Made by a program: the position numbers and the translations under genes
Shown here: in pieces, positions 1 to 11,138 of the stretch
Layout of the letters: the number at the start of each line of letters is the position of its first letter
Position numbering within the stretch: position 1 is the stretch's first letter
Source: an uncultured Candidatus Saccharibacteria bacterium
Lineage (GTDB): Bacteria; Patescibacteriota; Minisyncoccia; Phycocordibacterales; PALSA-1337
Length of the DNA stretch: 64,000 bases
NCBI GenBank assembly: GCA_964367745.1
Contig: CAYIYK010000003.1
Span: 10,248 to 74,247, forward strand
Reading direction: 5' to 3'
The notes under the pieces: model-generated
Told to the model about the DNA's origin: nothing
The model's input: only the letters and a program-made list of their open reading frames with translations
Database searches by the model: none

Positions 1-283
1 TTGCTAGATATAGATGGCATTCTGGAGACTTTAGATATGGATATATACCTAGAGCGATAGAACGATTCACGATAAGTTCAGCAGGATTAAAGAATGCCAT
101 TAGGAACTCTACTGCGTGTCTTTCATCATCAGTCATTTTCTTCCAATCATCTAGGTCCTCTTTTAGAGTGATTTCGTGAGGAAACCAAGTATTACGTACA
201 GCTTGATTGTACAAATCATATGCCCACTTATACTTGATTGGATGTAAACTTGTATCTTCAGGTGCGGCTTTTCCGATAAGCAT
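1..283 (-). CDS. nrdB: Ribonucleotide reductase class I beta (R2) subunit, N-terminal part; CDS continues beyond window start
   Basis: Reverse-strand translation from ATG at 283 gives MLIGKAAPEDTSLHPIKYKWAYDLYNQAVRNTWFPHEITLKEDLDDWKKMTDDERHAVEFLMAFFNPAE.... The IKY-W-YDLY-N-W-P-EI pattern is the conserved N-terminus of NrdB/R2. It lies directly downstream of nrdA on the same strand with a 24 bp gap. Confidence 0.8.
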   Translation of the reverse strand, partial: MLIGKAAPEDTSLHPIKYKWAYDLYNQAVRNTWFPHEITLKEDLDDWKKMTDDERHAVEFLMAFFNPAELIVNRSIALGIYPYLKSPECHLYLA

Positions 284-307
284 AATATTTTATTTATTAA
301 TTTATAA

Positions 308-3010
308 TTACTGACAACTATCACACTGTGCTCTTTCTGCTGGATCTATAGGGCAAACTTTTGGTTGAGACTTTACTTGGAAGTTTGGATTGTTACTTAA
401 CTTTGCCATAATCTCATCTCTGGATAAAGAACTATCTTTTTTAACTTCAGGAACTGGTGACACTAGGGGCATACTTGGTTGTATTGTCGAGGCTTCTCTT
501 ACTTCATCTCTCATCTCTTCTCTTTGATAAACAGGTGTAGCAACCTTTGCAACTTCTACTCTTTGTATAATAAGTGGACTCTCTATTGGTTGTTTCACTT
601 CTGACACTACATCTTCTTTTGTTGCTGAAGCTACCGCTGCGAATCCTCTCTTTCCAATCTTTTCAGCTTTATTAACTTTAGTTGTACTTTGTTCTGCTGT
701 GTGTCGAGGTTTCATATGTAGATAATATGTAGACTTCAAACCTTTTTTCCAAGCAGTTGTGTAAATATCCATAGTTTCATCTATATCTCTTGTCTCAAGA
801 TACATATTTCTTGAAAGTGCTTGATCTACCCATTTCTGTGCACGTGCAGCTACTTCTACATAAGCTAAAGGTGAAGTTGTGAATGATGTTTTATAAACAT
901 CTTTGATATGTTGTGGAATACCTGGAATGTTTGAGATGTCTCCTTGATTCTCAATGATAGCTTCTCGAACCTTTTCCCAAATTCCCATATTCTTAAGATC
1001 TTTAACTAGGTTATGGTTTATGTCCATATATTTTCCTGAAATCTTATTTCTAGAAAATACTTGAGCAAAACGCGCATCGATTCCTGGAGTTGTTCCTACC
1101 ACTAGACCGATATTTGCATTTGGAGCAACAGCCATCAAAGTAGCATTTCTAATTCCCTTTTTAACTTTCTCTCTTAGAATCTGCCAATTAAGTCCTCTGT
1201 GTTTACTCTGACTATCTACAGTTACTGCAATTCCTCTTGAATCACCAACTTTGTTTAAAGTATCTATTGGAACTTTTCCTTTTGACCATTCTGAACCAGT
1301 GAAGTGACTATATGATCCTCTTTCTTGAGCTAGATTTGCACTTTCATCTATAGCCATATAACTTACGAATTCAAATATTCTGTCAGCAAAATCCCAAGCA
1401 TGTTCACTATCATAAGACATACCAAGTTGTTCAATAGTATCTGCAAATCCCATCACTCCAAGACCGATAGCACGATTCTCTCTATCTGATTTTGCCGCTT
1501 CTGCAATCGGTAGAATATTTATATCTATTAGGTTATCCAATTGTCGAACTGCAAGCCGAACACTTTCTTCCAATCTTCCCCAGTGTACTTCTTTATTCTT
1601 TATATGAGCTGCAAGGTTCAAAGATGCGAGGTTACATACAGCTACATTGTCTTTGTCTTGAGGTAGACAAATCTCCGTACAAAGATTCGACATATGAATC
1701 GTCCCTGTATTGTTATTCAAAGCACGGTTGTTTATTGTATCTTTCCAAACGAGCCATGGATGTGAAGTAGATTGTAGAGAAGTAAGTATTTGTCTGTATT
1801 GTTCTTTTGCTGGAACTTTTTTAAACATTACCAATTCTCCTCTCTCTGCTTTTTCTATGTATTGAGCATATTTTATACTGAATTCTTTTCCATATAGTTC
1901 ATTTAGATCTCCTGTTTCTGCAGGGTCGAACATATACCAATCTTGATCCTTTTCTACTCTAGACATGAATTCATCTGAAAGAAATGCAGCGGTATTTGCT
2001 GTACGCATACGCATATAGTCATCACCTGCATTGTGTTTCCAATCTAGGAATTCTGGAAAATCGTAATGCCAGTTCTCCATATAGAAACATAGAGCTCCCT
2101 TTTTCTTTCCACCTCTCATAACAGCACGGATGGCTGTATCGATTATTTTTGCAAAAGGAGTAGGTCCACTAGAAACCCCACCGAAATTTGATTTCAAAGG
2201 AGAACCAGTTGCTCGTAGTTTTGTAATAGATGCACCGATTCCTCCTGAGCCTTTTGATAGAAGTAGAACATCTGATACAGACTTCGCAATATGTCCCATA
2301 TCATCGTGTATCTCCATTAGATAACAGTTTGAAAGTGCTGGGCGTGTAGTACCTGAACCGAGGTTTGTAGATCCACCAGCTATATACTGATGACGAGACA
2401 TTTTGTCATAGAACTTCTTTGCATATTCATTTGGATTTTTCTCATTGTAACAAAGCCCCATAGCAACTCTCATGAAGAAGTATTGTGGTGTTTCTAGAGG
2501 ATGTTGCTTATCGTCTTTTAAGAAATATCTATTTATAAGTCCATCTAGACCTGCATAGACGAAGAGTTCATCTCTATCTAAAGATATATAATCAGCCAAC
2601 TCTTCGAGATTGAACTTTGATCCCATATCCTTGTGAAGACGATTTTGTTCTATTCCAGATTTAATGTAGTGGATAAAAGCGTCTCTGTGCTTTTTCTGTA
2701 AATCAGCTGGATTCTCTTTATCATATTCACCAATAACTCTACGATAAACAGTCTTTAGAAGAAGTCTAGTTGCTACTCTATCGTATTGGATATCCTCTTT
2801 AATATTTTGAACTGCAGCATTTATAGTTGCATGATCTAGTTCGTCAGTAGTAATACCATTATAAAGAGTCAAATATGTCTCTGTAGCTATTTGAGTAACC
2901 ATAGCTATAGGATCAACAAGTCCAGCACAAGCTCTCTCGATAGAACGATTTACTCTATCTGCATTATGCAATTCACGTGTACCATCAGTCTTCGTTATGT
3001 ATATGCTCAT
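308..3010 (-). CDS. nrdA: Ribonucleoside-diphosphate reductase class I alpha subunit with N-terminal ATP-cone
   Basis: 900 aa ORF. The N-terminal ATP-cone reads ITKTDGTRELHNADRVNRSIERA. The catalytic motif NLCTEI (N-x-C-x-E) is present, and the C-terminus carries a cysteine pair (CDSCQ). It is followed by the nrdB start, which makes it class I rather than B12-dependent class II. Confidence 0.9.
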   Translation of the reverse strand: MSIYITKTDGTRELHNADRVNRSIERACAGLVDPIAMVTQIATETYLTLYNGITTDELDHATINAAVQNIKEDIQYDRVATRLLLKTVYRRVIGEYDKENPADLQKKHRDAFIHYIKSGIEQNRLHKDMGSKFNLEELADYISLDRDELFVYAGLDGLINRYFLKDDKQHPLETPQYFFMRVAMGLCYNEKNPNEYAKKFYDKMSRHQYIAGGSTNLGSGTTRPALSNCYLMEIHDDMGHIAKSVSDVLLLSKGSGGIGASITKLRATGSPLKSNFGGVSSGPTPFAKIIDTAIRAVMRGGKKKGALCFYMENWHYDFPEFLDWKHNAGDDYMRMRTANTAAFLSDEFMSRVEKDQDWYMFDPAETGDLNELYGKEFSIKYAQYIEKAERGELVMFKKVPAKEQYRQILTSLQSTSHPWLVWKDTINNRALNNNTGTIHMSNLCTEICLPQDKDNVAVCNLASLNLAAHIKNKEVHWGRLEESVRLAVRQLDNLIDINILPIAEAAKSDRENRAIGLGVMGFADTIEQLGMSYDSEHAWDFADRIFEFVSYMAIDESANLAQERGSYSHFTGSEWSKGKVPIDTLNKVGDSRGIAVTVDSQSKHRGLNWQILREKVKKGIRNATLMAVAPNANIGLVVGTTPGIDARFAQVFSRNKISGKYMDINHNLVKDLKNMGIWEKVREAIIENQGDISNIPGIPQHIKDVYKTSFTTSPLAYVEVAARAQKWVDQALSRNMYLETRDIDETMDIYTTAWKKGLKSTYYLHMKPRHTAEQSTTKVNKAEKIGKRGFAAVASATKEDVVSEVKQPIESPLIIQRVEVAKVATPVYQREEMRDEVREASTIQPSMPLVSPVPEVKKDSSLSRDEIMAKLSNNPNFQVKSQPKVCPIDPAERAQCDSCQ

Positions 3011-3124
3011 AAATTAATAATATTATTTCTACTAGTGGAGACATTTTACCTTTTTAGCAAGGTTAAAAAAAGGGGAAAATAACTTTTTTTATAGATAAGA
3101 GACAGAAATTTAAAAATGTAAATA

Positions 3125-3580
3125 CTACTCCTTCGTCAATTTTAAAATATTTCCCACCTCTATATTATTTTCATCAGAAAAACCAGCATTTGTCTCGATT
3201 ACGTATAGGCTTTTTTCTGGTGGGAAGAATTGTTCTGGATAACTATCTACTGATGCATTTTTCTCAATATCAACAACTTTTTTATTTTCATCTAGCCAAA
3301 TAATATCTATTGGGAATTTCATATCTTTCATCCAAAAACCATAAGTGTCAGGTTTATCAAAGACAAAAAGCATTGCGCTTCCCTTTACTAGAGTCGCTCT
3401 ACCACTTAGTCCAGCTATTCTCGACGCTTCTGTATCAGAAACAATGAGTGGAATATCCTTGTTATTTATATCGAGTTTATATTTAGAAATATTTTTAATA
3501 TTTGTATCTTTTGGTAAGACACAGAATATCCAAATAATAATAGCAACCAGTATTACGTAAAATGGTATTTTCTTTTTCAT
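3125..3580 (-). CDS. DUF192 (COG1430) family protein with N-terminal membrane anchor/signal
   Basis: 151 aa with an N-terminal hydrophobic segment. The block PIDIIWLDENKKVVDI and the GFWMKDMKF motif resemble DUF192. Confidence 0.55.
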   Translation of the reverse strand: MKKKIPFYVILVAIIIWIFCVLPKDTNIKNISKYKLDINNKDIPLIVSDTEASRIAGLSGRATLVKGSAMLFVFDKPDTYGFWMKDMKFPIDIIWLDENKKVVDIEKNASVDSYPEQFFPPEKSLYVIETNAGFSDENNIEVGNILKLTKE

Positions 3581-3649
3581 GTATATTATTATCCCCTTTT
3601 AATTATTTTTCATCAAGATGACTAAAATGAAAAAAGATATGTTAATATT

Positions 3650-4207
3650 ATGTATATGAAAATTTCTTTTGTAGGACCATTTGCAGTAGGAAAAGATGCT
3701 GTATCAAGCTATATAGAAAAAAAATACAATCTAACCCACATATCTAGTGGCAATATCATAAGAGACTATATAACAAAGAATAATCTAGGTGGTCTAGATA
3801 GAAAGAACCTACAAATAGTAGCAAATAAAATGAGGGTTGATGGTGGTGGTGATATTCTAGTCAAAATGGCTTTAGCTGAAGCAAAAGACAATGTAATTGT
3901 TAGTGGACTGCGCGCAATAGATGAAGTAGAGACCTTTAAGAAAATGGGTGGCAATATAATAGCAATCACCGCTCCGATCGAACAGAGGTATAAACTAGCA
4001 CAAATGAGAGGACGTGTAGATGATCATATTTCCTTCGAAGAATTTAAAAAAATTGAAGAGGAAGAAAATAGGAGTAAGGACCATAACGAACAAAATCTGT
4101 CCAAAGTCATAGCAATGGCAGATTTTGAAGTCATAAATGATGGAAGTCTTGAGGAGTTATTCGCGAAATGCGATAAGACTATTTCCCAGATTATGAATGG
4201 ATTCTAA
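3650..4207 (+). CDS. P-loop nucleoside/nucleotide kinase-like protein (adenylate/dephospho-CoA kinase superfamily)
   Basis: 185 aa. It has a Walker-A-like GPFAVGKD near the N-terminus, is the right size for small NMP kinases, and has an acidic C-terminal region. The exact substrate is unknown. Confidence 0.45.
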   Translation: MYMKISFVGPFAVGKDAVSSYIEKKYNLTHISSGNIIRDYITKNNLGGLDRKNLQIVANKMRVDGGGDILVKMALAEAKDNVIVSGLRAIDEVETFKKMGGNIIAITAPIEQRYKLAQMRGRVDDHISFEEFKKIEEEENRSKDHNEQNLSKVIAMADFEVINDGSLEELFAKCDKTISQIMNGF

Positions 4208-4209
4208 TA

Positions 4210-4713
4210 TTATCTTGAGAATATACTCATGATTGCATCCCATAGACTAGCAAGGTTTGCGCCGAAACTCTTTTCAACTGCAAAAGTCACATTGTCTACA
4301 CTTGATACACAACCACCTGTAAACTTTTCAGGGTTTCCACAACCAATTTCGATTTGTAGATTTTCACCTAGTTCATCTCTTTTTGGTGACCACTTGAAAC
4401 TTCCATCATTCTCAGTATTTGCAGCAATTTGCCTAACTAGTTCATAACTCACTGGTGAGTCTGAAACCTTTTTAATCAAGTTAATATTTATACTAGCTTC
4501 CGCTGGGAAATTCTCAGTAGTCCAAGTTATGCTTTGATTTGAACCTGTCTTTATTACAGATTTTGATACTGAAGATACAGAATTTACCTTTGCTTCATTT
4601 GAAGCATTGGCAATAGTAAAACCTGATGAAAATAATGCTAATGTGATTATTGAACTTGCTAATAGATAAGATGTTTTATTCATATTTTTTATTATTATTT
4701 TATAAGTATACAC
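4210..4713 (-). CDS. Hypothetical secreted protein (signal peptide, Ser-rich)
   Basis: The ORF has a hydrophobic signal-like N-terminus (SYLLASSIITLALFSSGFTIANA) and no recognisable domain. Confidence 0.4.
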   Translation of the reverse strand: MYTYKIIIKNMNKTSYLLASSIITLALFSSGFTIANASNEAKVNSVSSVSKSVIKTGSNQSITWTTENFPAEASININLIKKVSDSPVSYELVRQIAANTENDGSFKWSPKRDELGENLQIEIGCGNPEKFTGGCVSSVDNVTFAVEKSFGANLASLWDAIMSIFSR

Positions 4714-4752
4714 GAAATTCTCGAGTTGTCAAGGTCTATATAAAGTGGATAA

Positions 4753-5709
4753 CTACTTCATTTTTAACCTAGATCCTGCACCCAATAATAATAACACGAT
4801 AGCGATAGAAAAATGTGGTAAATGTCCCATAAGCTCCACAGGACCTAGCATAACTAATGTTGATAATAAGAATACAGCTAGGGTTATAGTTGTCGTTCGA
4901 GTAACAAGTCCGAGCATAAGGAACAATCCAAATAGCGCTTCTACAACGCCAGCTGAGAATGCAAACCAATAATCAGTAAACCAAGTAAAGCCGATATTAT
5001 GCATGAAATTCCAATGATACAGACTCAAGAAATTCTCAGTAAGTGAAGGAGACATTATCTTCTCAGAGAAGCCAAGAATAAAGAGATTTAGTCCTGTACC
5101 AATTCTTAGCAGTGGTAATCCATAAGAATGGATTTTATGTGTATATTCTTTGAATATTTCTGTATCAACTATTCTCCATTTTGGTCTTCCTACAATCATT
5201 GCAAATAAACTGAAACCAAGCATTTCGAATGTATCCATCATTTCCATAAAACCGTATTCTTTTATTCCAAGAATAAATAGAATCACGAGCAGAAAACCTC
5301 CGATTCTCTCATAATACCCTGCTAGTATCATTATTCCCGCTAGAGTTTGGGTAATGATAAGTAGTAAAGCTAGTGGACCGTTTGCAATTAGATTTGGAGC
5401 GAAGATAAAACCGTTATATGAAAATATAAGGAAAGACAATCCAAAACCAATACTTGAAATAGATATTACATAGGGTGCCCACTTCTCTTCTATACGACGA
5501 AACCATGCTGGAATCTTTAGCTTTTTTTCTAGGATATAACCAATGATGAGGATTACGATCACAGCTATAATAGCAATGATTACCGGAAGGTCTGTTAATT
5601 CATAAGGCCTTATTTCTTTTACTGGATGAGCAAACCATTTTACATGTGCTGAGACCAAAAAAGGAACTGAGAATAAAACTGAAACAATTGATAATATTTT
5701 TTTGTACAT
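4753..5709 (-). CDS. Hypothetical polytopic membrane protein (about 8 TM segments; possibly DoxX-like)
   Basis: 318 aa with multiple hydrophobic helices. No catalytic motif was recognised. Confidence 0.45.
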   Translation of the reverse strand: MYKKILSIVSVLFSVPFLVSAHVKWFAHPVKEIRPYELTDLPVIIAIIAVIVILIIGYILEKKLKIPAWFRRIEEKWAPYVISISSIGFGLSFLIFSYNGFIFAPNLIANGPLALLLIITQTLAGIMILAGYYERIGGFLLVILFILGIKEYGFMEMMDTFEMLGFSLFAMIVGRPKWRIVDTEIFKEYTHKIHSYGLPLLRIGTGLNLFILGFSEKIMSPSLTENFLSLYHWNFMHNIGFTWFTDYWFAFSAGVVEALFGLFLMLGLVTRTTTITLAVFLLSTLVMLGPVELMGHLPHFSIAIVLLLLGAGSRLKMK

Positions 5710-5770
5710 GTATCAATTATACATTACAGAAATCAGTCTTTTTTATAAATATGTGAAGAAATAGGATTGT

Positions 5771-5799
5771 TTGACAAATCACCTGTTTTGGTGTATTAT
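5771..5799 (+). promoter_or_regulatory. Sigma70-type promoter (TTGACA-17-TATTAT) upstream of the 5834 CDS
   Basis: TTGACA at 5771-5776, a 17 nt spacer, then TATTAT at 5794-5799, about 35 bp upstream of the ATG at 5834. Confidence 0.4.
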
Positions 5800-5833
5800 A
5801 TTAAAAGAATAGCTGCCGAACTATTTTGAATAT

Positions 5834-6628
5834 ATGAAGTATCTCCTAGCTCATGAGGCTAGTAGATGGACACAATCCCATTATTCTCAAAAGGCATTTA
5901 AAATGATTAATATCGAAAGCGCTCGCAGGTTACTCAACAAGGTTTCTCCCGAGATCGTAAAACATTGGGAGAAGGAAAAAGGGGTCGGTCTTGCTATGAC
6001 AATCGCTCAGATTGAACAGATCGAACAGAACAGGCAAAAACCTAGGACAAGGAATAGAAAGCTTGAATTGTTAGTTATTATGATAGTTATCACCGCATAC
6101 ATACTACTATTATCACTATTGAGAAATAGTGTAATAGCGATGATGATTCTGATGATCTTCATGGTTGCGTCAATTGGTTTTTATTACGGACGATTGAACC
6201 GAAAGGATCGTGAGTCTTTTCAAAAAGAATCCAATGAAGACGCGGAGCAAGCAAGGCTATCAGATTCAATCACCGCCTTCTGGGAAACCATTTTCAGTGT
6301 TTGTGAACACAACACACTTCCCCAAGACAACCTCGTAGATGCGGAATACCTGAAAGGTGTATTGCATACCACAATTAAGGACCTGCTTTTGAAACAAGCA
6401 GTACTCAGGATGAAAAACTCCAATCCAAGCTTTGATGTAGATAATGTCGCTGCAGCAGCGATTGAATACACAAGTGCAGATGTATACCTGGACAATCAAT
6501 GGGAAACCGTCAAGAATGAACTAGGTGTAGATATAAAAAGGAAAGAGATGTTCAAAAAAGCCGAAGATGAAATGCGAATTACCCATCCCGGCCTTAGTCA
6601 GTACTTCAAGACAACAGAGGGGCAATAA
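5834..6628 (+). CDS. Hypothetical membrane protein (two central TM helices)
   Basis: 264 aa ORF with its own promoter and terminator. The hydrophobic core is LELLVIMIVITAYILLLSLL...MILMIFMVASIGFYY. No known domain was recognised. Confidence 0.45.
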   Translation: MKYLLAHEASRWTQSHYSQKAFKMINIESARRLLNKVSPEIVKHWEKEKGVGLAMTIAQIEQIEQNRQKPRTRNRKLELLVIMIVITAYILLLSLLRNSVIAMMILMIFMVASIGFYYGRLNRKDRESFQKESNEDAEQARLSDSITAFWETIFSVCEHNTLPQDNLVDAEYLKGVLHTTIKDLLLKQAVLRMKNSNPSFDVDNVAAAAIEYTSADVYLDNQWETVKNELGVDIKRKEMFKKAEDEMRITHPGLSQYFKTTEGQ

Positions 6629-6643
6629 GCACAACCCTCTCAC

Positions 6644-6677
6644 AGCCACGATTTTGCAAAAGATCGTGGCTTTTTTA
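6644..6677 (+). terminator. Rho-independent terminator (9 bp stem agccacgat/atcgtggct followed by TTTTTTATT)
   Basis: A perfect inverted repeat at 6644-6652 and 6663-6671 is followed by a T-tract, immediately after the stop of the 5834..6628 CDS. Confidence 0.55.
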
Positions 6678-7547
6678 TTACCAAGATCCACTCGAACCTC
6701 CTCCACCAGAGCTTCCACCTCCAAATCCTCCGAAGCCACCAGATGATCCTCCCCTTCCTCCTCCGATAAATAATGGCCAAATACCTCCACCCTTACTTGG
6801 TGGATGTTTTGAAACAAAATAATCAAAAATAAGACCAGCAATAGTAAGAGCTATTGTTGTAATAATAATTTTAAATGTAAAACCAAAAGCTATACCGAGA
6901 GCGATACCAATAATAAAACCAATAACGCCACCGAGCCACCAAGACTTCGTTCTACCTAATATACTTGAAAAGAAGATGATTGCCGACCAGAATATAAAGA
7001 TAATAAATTCAATAGATTTCCCACCGACTTTTACACTATTAGATTCATTTTTTATAGAATAATCAACATCACTAGTCACCACAGAAACAATAGCATTCGT
7101 TCCATCAGTAATTCCTTTTGGTAAATTCCCTGCTTTGAATTCTGGTAGAACTATTTTTTGAATAATTCCATTTGATTGCAAATCGGTTAATACACCTTCC
7201 AAACCATAACCAACTTCTATTCTTACTTTTCTTTCGTTTGGTGCGATAAGGAACAATACTCCATTATCCTTAGCTGAATTACCTATACCCCATTCTTTAA
7301 AAAGTTTTACTGCGTAAGTTTCTATCGTTTCATTACCTAGAGAATTTATAGTCACTATTGCGACTTGTATTGTTGTTTTATTATTAAGATCATTTAATTT
7401 TGATTCTATTTGATCTTTATTTTCTTTAGATAAAATACTTGCATAGTCATTTACAAAGCCCTGTGGTTTTCCAGGGCTTGTAAAAGCATTAGCAATAGTG
7501 ATGCTAAGTGCAAATATTATTGTTGCAAATAAAGCAACTTTCTTCAT
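6678..7547 (-). CDS. TPM-domain (TLP18.3/Psb32/MOLO-1, COG1512) membrane protein with Gly/Ser-rich C-terminal tail
   Basis: It has a signal peptide, the TPM-like core FVNDYASILS...IQVAIVTINSL...KVRIEVGYGLEG, a C-terminal TM segment and a GGGRGGSSGGFGGFGGGSSGGGG tail. It pairs with LemA, as is common. Confidence 0.7.
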   Translation of the reverse strand: MKKVALFATIIFALSITIANAFTSPGKPQGFVNDYASILSKENKDQIESKLNDLNNKTTIQVAIVTINSLGNETIETYAVKLFKEWGIGNSAKDNGVLFLIAPNERKVRIEVGYGLEGVLTDLQSNGIIQKIVLPEFKAGNLPKGITDGTNAIVSVVTSDVDYSIKNESNSVKVGGKSIEFIIFIFWSAIIFFSSILGRTKSWWLGGVIGFIIGIALGIAFGFTFKIIITTIALTIAGLIFDYFVSKHPPSKGGGIWPLFIGGGRGGSSGGFGGFGGGSSGGGGSSGSW

Positions 7548-7549
7548 AT

Positions 7550-8107
7550 TTAGAATTTAACTTGTGGAGCTTGTTCAGCGCCTTTTACTGCTTCAAAATA
7601 TGATCTTTCCTTGAATCCAAATATTGATGCGATTATTGAACCTGGAACTTTCATTACTTTCAAATTGTATAGTTTTACAGAATCATTGAATCTCATTCTT
7701 TCTACATTGATACGATTCTCAGTGCCTTCTAGTTGTGACATCATTGATTGTACAGTCTCTGAAGATTTCAATGTCGGATAACTTTCAACTATTACCATAA
7801 GTCTACTTAGAGCACTTTCTACCTGTCCTGCAGCTATAGCTTTGTCATTTACATTTGAAGCTCCTGAATATCTTGTTCTTGCATCAGATATAGCAGTAAA
7901 GACTACTTGTTCTTGTTTCATTACACCCTTTGCTGATTCGATAAGGTTTGGAATAAGGTCAAAACGTCTTTGATAGTTTGTTTCTACTTGTTTCCATTGT
8001 GCATCTGCATCAACGTTTAAAGATACGAGACTATTGTAAGTCATGACTGTATATCCTCCCAAAATAACTAGTACTGCAACAATAACGATAATTATTTTTT
8101 TATTCAT
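7550..8107 (-). CDS. lemA: LemA family protein
   Basis: 185 aa with a single N-terminal TM segment and the conserved LemA core YNSLV...QVETNYQRRFDLIPNL. It sits in an operon with the TPM-domain gene. Confidence 0.75.
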   Translation of the reverse strand: MNKKIIIVIVAVLVILGGYTVMTYNSLVSLNVDADAQWKQVETNYQRRFDLIPNLIESAKGVMKQEQVVFTAISDARTRYSGASNVNDKAIAAGQVESALSRLMVIVESYPTLKSSETVQSMMSQLEGTENRINVERMRFNDSVKLYNLKVMKVPGSIIASIFGFKERSYFEAVKGAEQAPQVKF

Positions 8108-8132
8108 TTTTAATTTAATTAACTAGTAACTA

Positions 8133-8819
8133 CTATTTCTTTGGAGAAGCCTTTGTCTCGTCTGTTCCTGCTGGACCAGTTACGAATTTGAATGATTTAA
8201 CCATGTCCTTGAATTGTGTATCTGCTTCATCAACTAACTTTGTATTGTTTGTAGATGCTAGTTTTACATCATCACCCTTGAATCCTTTACTAGCTGGAGT
8301 TAGAACGATTGAAGAATATGTGAATAGGTAACAAATTGAATTGTTTTGTAGTGAATACATTCTGTTAAAATAATTTCTACCTTGAACTGTATTTGAGATA
8401 GAGATCATGTTTAGAGTTGAATCACCAACTGTTAGAGTAGATCTTTCTTTAACTGTTGTTACAAGTGGGAAAGCACACTTTCCAGATACGATATCAACCT
8501 TCACTTCCAATTTTCCTATAGAATTCTTGTCTTTTGTAACACTAACTGGAATAGCAAGAGTAAGGTTACTAGGAGCTTCTGACTTTTCCCATGCTGTTGG
8601 GTATTTTACAGAGAAACCAAGTTCATCATTCTTGTATTCAGAAAGTTTTGTAGATACTGGTACTGTCTGACTTGTCGGTACTGGAGGAGTTTTCTCAGTT
8701 GTATTTTCACCACCTGAAACTACAGGAGACGGTGTACTTGGTCCATTAAACTTCCAAATAACTGCACCTGCGATAATAATTACTATAACGAAAGCTAATA
8801 TTTTTTTCATATCGCACAT
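8133..8819 (-). CDS. Hypothetical secreted/membrane-anchored protein
   Basis: It has an N-terminal hydrophobic anchor and a Pro/Thr-rich linker, with no recognisable domain. The start is probably at the MKKIL at about 8810. Confidence 0.4.
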   Translation of the reverse strand: MCDMKKILAFVIVIIIAGAVIWKFNGPSTPSPVVSGGENTTEKTPPVPTSQTVPVSTKLSEYKNDELGFSVKYPTAWEKSEAPSNLTLAIPVSVTKDKNSIGKLEVKVDIVSGKCAFPLVTTVKERSTLTVGDSTLNMISISNTVQGRNYFNRMYSLQNNSICYLFTYSSIVLTPASKGFKGDDVKLASTNNTKLVDEADTQFKDMVKSFKFVTGPAGTDETKASPKK

Positions 8820-8830
8820 TATAACAGATA

Positions 8831-10471
<1,641 letters not shown>

Positions 10472-10804
10472 TTATTTGATTATTGCTAATAATTCGCTTT
10501 CTTTTACTATATAGTATTCTTCATCATTTATTTTTACTTTATCTCCCCATTGAAATAGAACTTCATCACCTACTGATACAGATACTGGTATAACCTTTCC
10601 ATCTTCTGTTCTACCTTGACCTATAGCTACAACCTCTCCTCTTTTACCTCCTTTGTCTTCATTCACTGTTACTGGAATAATAATTCCTGATGCTGTTTTA
10701 TTTTCTTTATGTTTTGAATCTTCTTTTATTAAAACTCTATCAAATAGAGGTATGATAATCGTCGAACTGTTATTTGTTTTCGTCTTTTTTGTATCTTTTA
10801 TCAT
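10472..10804 (-). CDS. groS: Co-chaperonin GroES (Cpn10)
   Basis: 110 aa immediately upstream of groEL. Motifs PLFDRVLIKE, IIIP and GEVVAIGQG are typical of Cpn10. The N-terminus is slightly extended. Confidence 0.9.
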   Translation of the reverse strand: MIKDTKKTKTNNSSTIIIPLFDRVLIKEDSKHKENKTASGIIIPVTVNEDKGGKRGEVVAIGQGRTEDGKVIPVSVSVGDEVLFQWGDKVKINDEEYYIVKESELLAIIK

Positions 10805-10883
10805 AATGGAATTAAATTTTATAGTAATGAATGATCATAAGCAATATTGCACGTTTAAACTGGCTATGCTATAGTGTTCCGTA

Positions 10884-11114
10884 ATGAAGACGATCGCCTC
10901 TATACTACCGTACATACAGATTGTACTTGCTGTAATACTTTTAACAGCAATACTTCTTCAAAGAACTGGAGCACAAATCGGTGGTGCTTTTGGTGGTAGT
11001 GACAATTTTAGTTCTGCATTCCACACAAGACGGGGCTTCGAAAAACAACTCTTCATTGTAACAATCATAGTTGCAATACTCTTTGCAATTTCAGCGCTTT
11101 TGAGTCTTATTTAA
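10884..11114 (+). CDS. secG: Preprotein translocase subunit SecG
   Basis: 76 aa with two TM helices and a Gly-rich loop (LLQRTGAQIGGAFGGSDNF), characteristic of SecG. Confidence 0.65.
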   Translation: MKTIASILPYIQIVLAVILLTAILLQRTGAQIGGAFGGSDNFSSAFHTRRGFEKQLFIVTIIVAILFAISALLSLI

Positions 11115-11138
11115 CATTGACTAAAATCTATACATTAT

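Noticed and set aside
308-3010. Initial suspicion that the RNR is a B12-dependent class II enzyme (NrdJ) because of the C-terminal CxxC and the absence of an obvious beta subunit
   Set aside because: The reverse-strand ORF beginning at 283 has the clear NrdB N-terminal signature (IKYKWAYDLYNQAVRNTWFPHEI), so this is a class I nrdAB operon.
1492-3082. Plus-strand ORFs (1492..1770, 2130..2324, 2891..3082) antisense to nrdA
   Set aside because: They lie entirely inside the well-supported nrdA CDS on the opposite strand and have no motifs. They are spurious.
10805-10883. Searched for a CIRCE (TTAGCACTC-N9-GAGTGCTAA) heat-shock operator upstream of groES
   Set aside because: Only a weak partial resemblance (ttgcacg...gctatgc) is present. 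There is no convincing inverted repeat.
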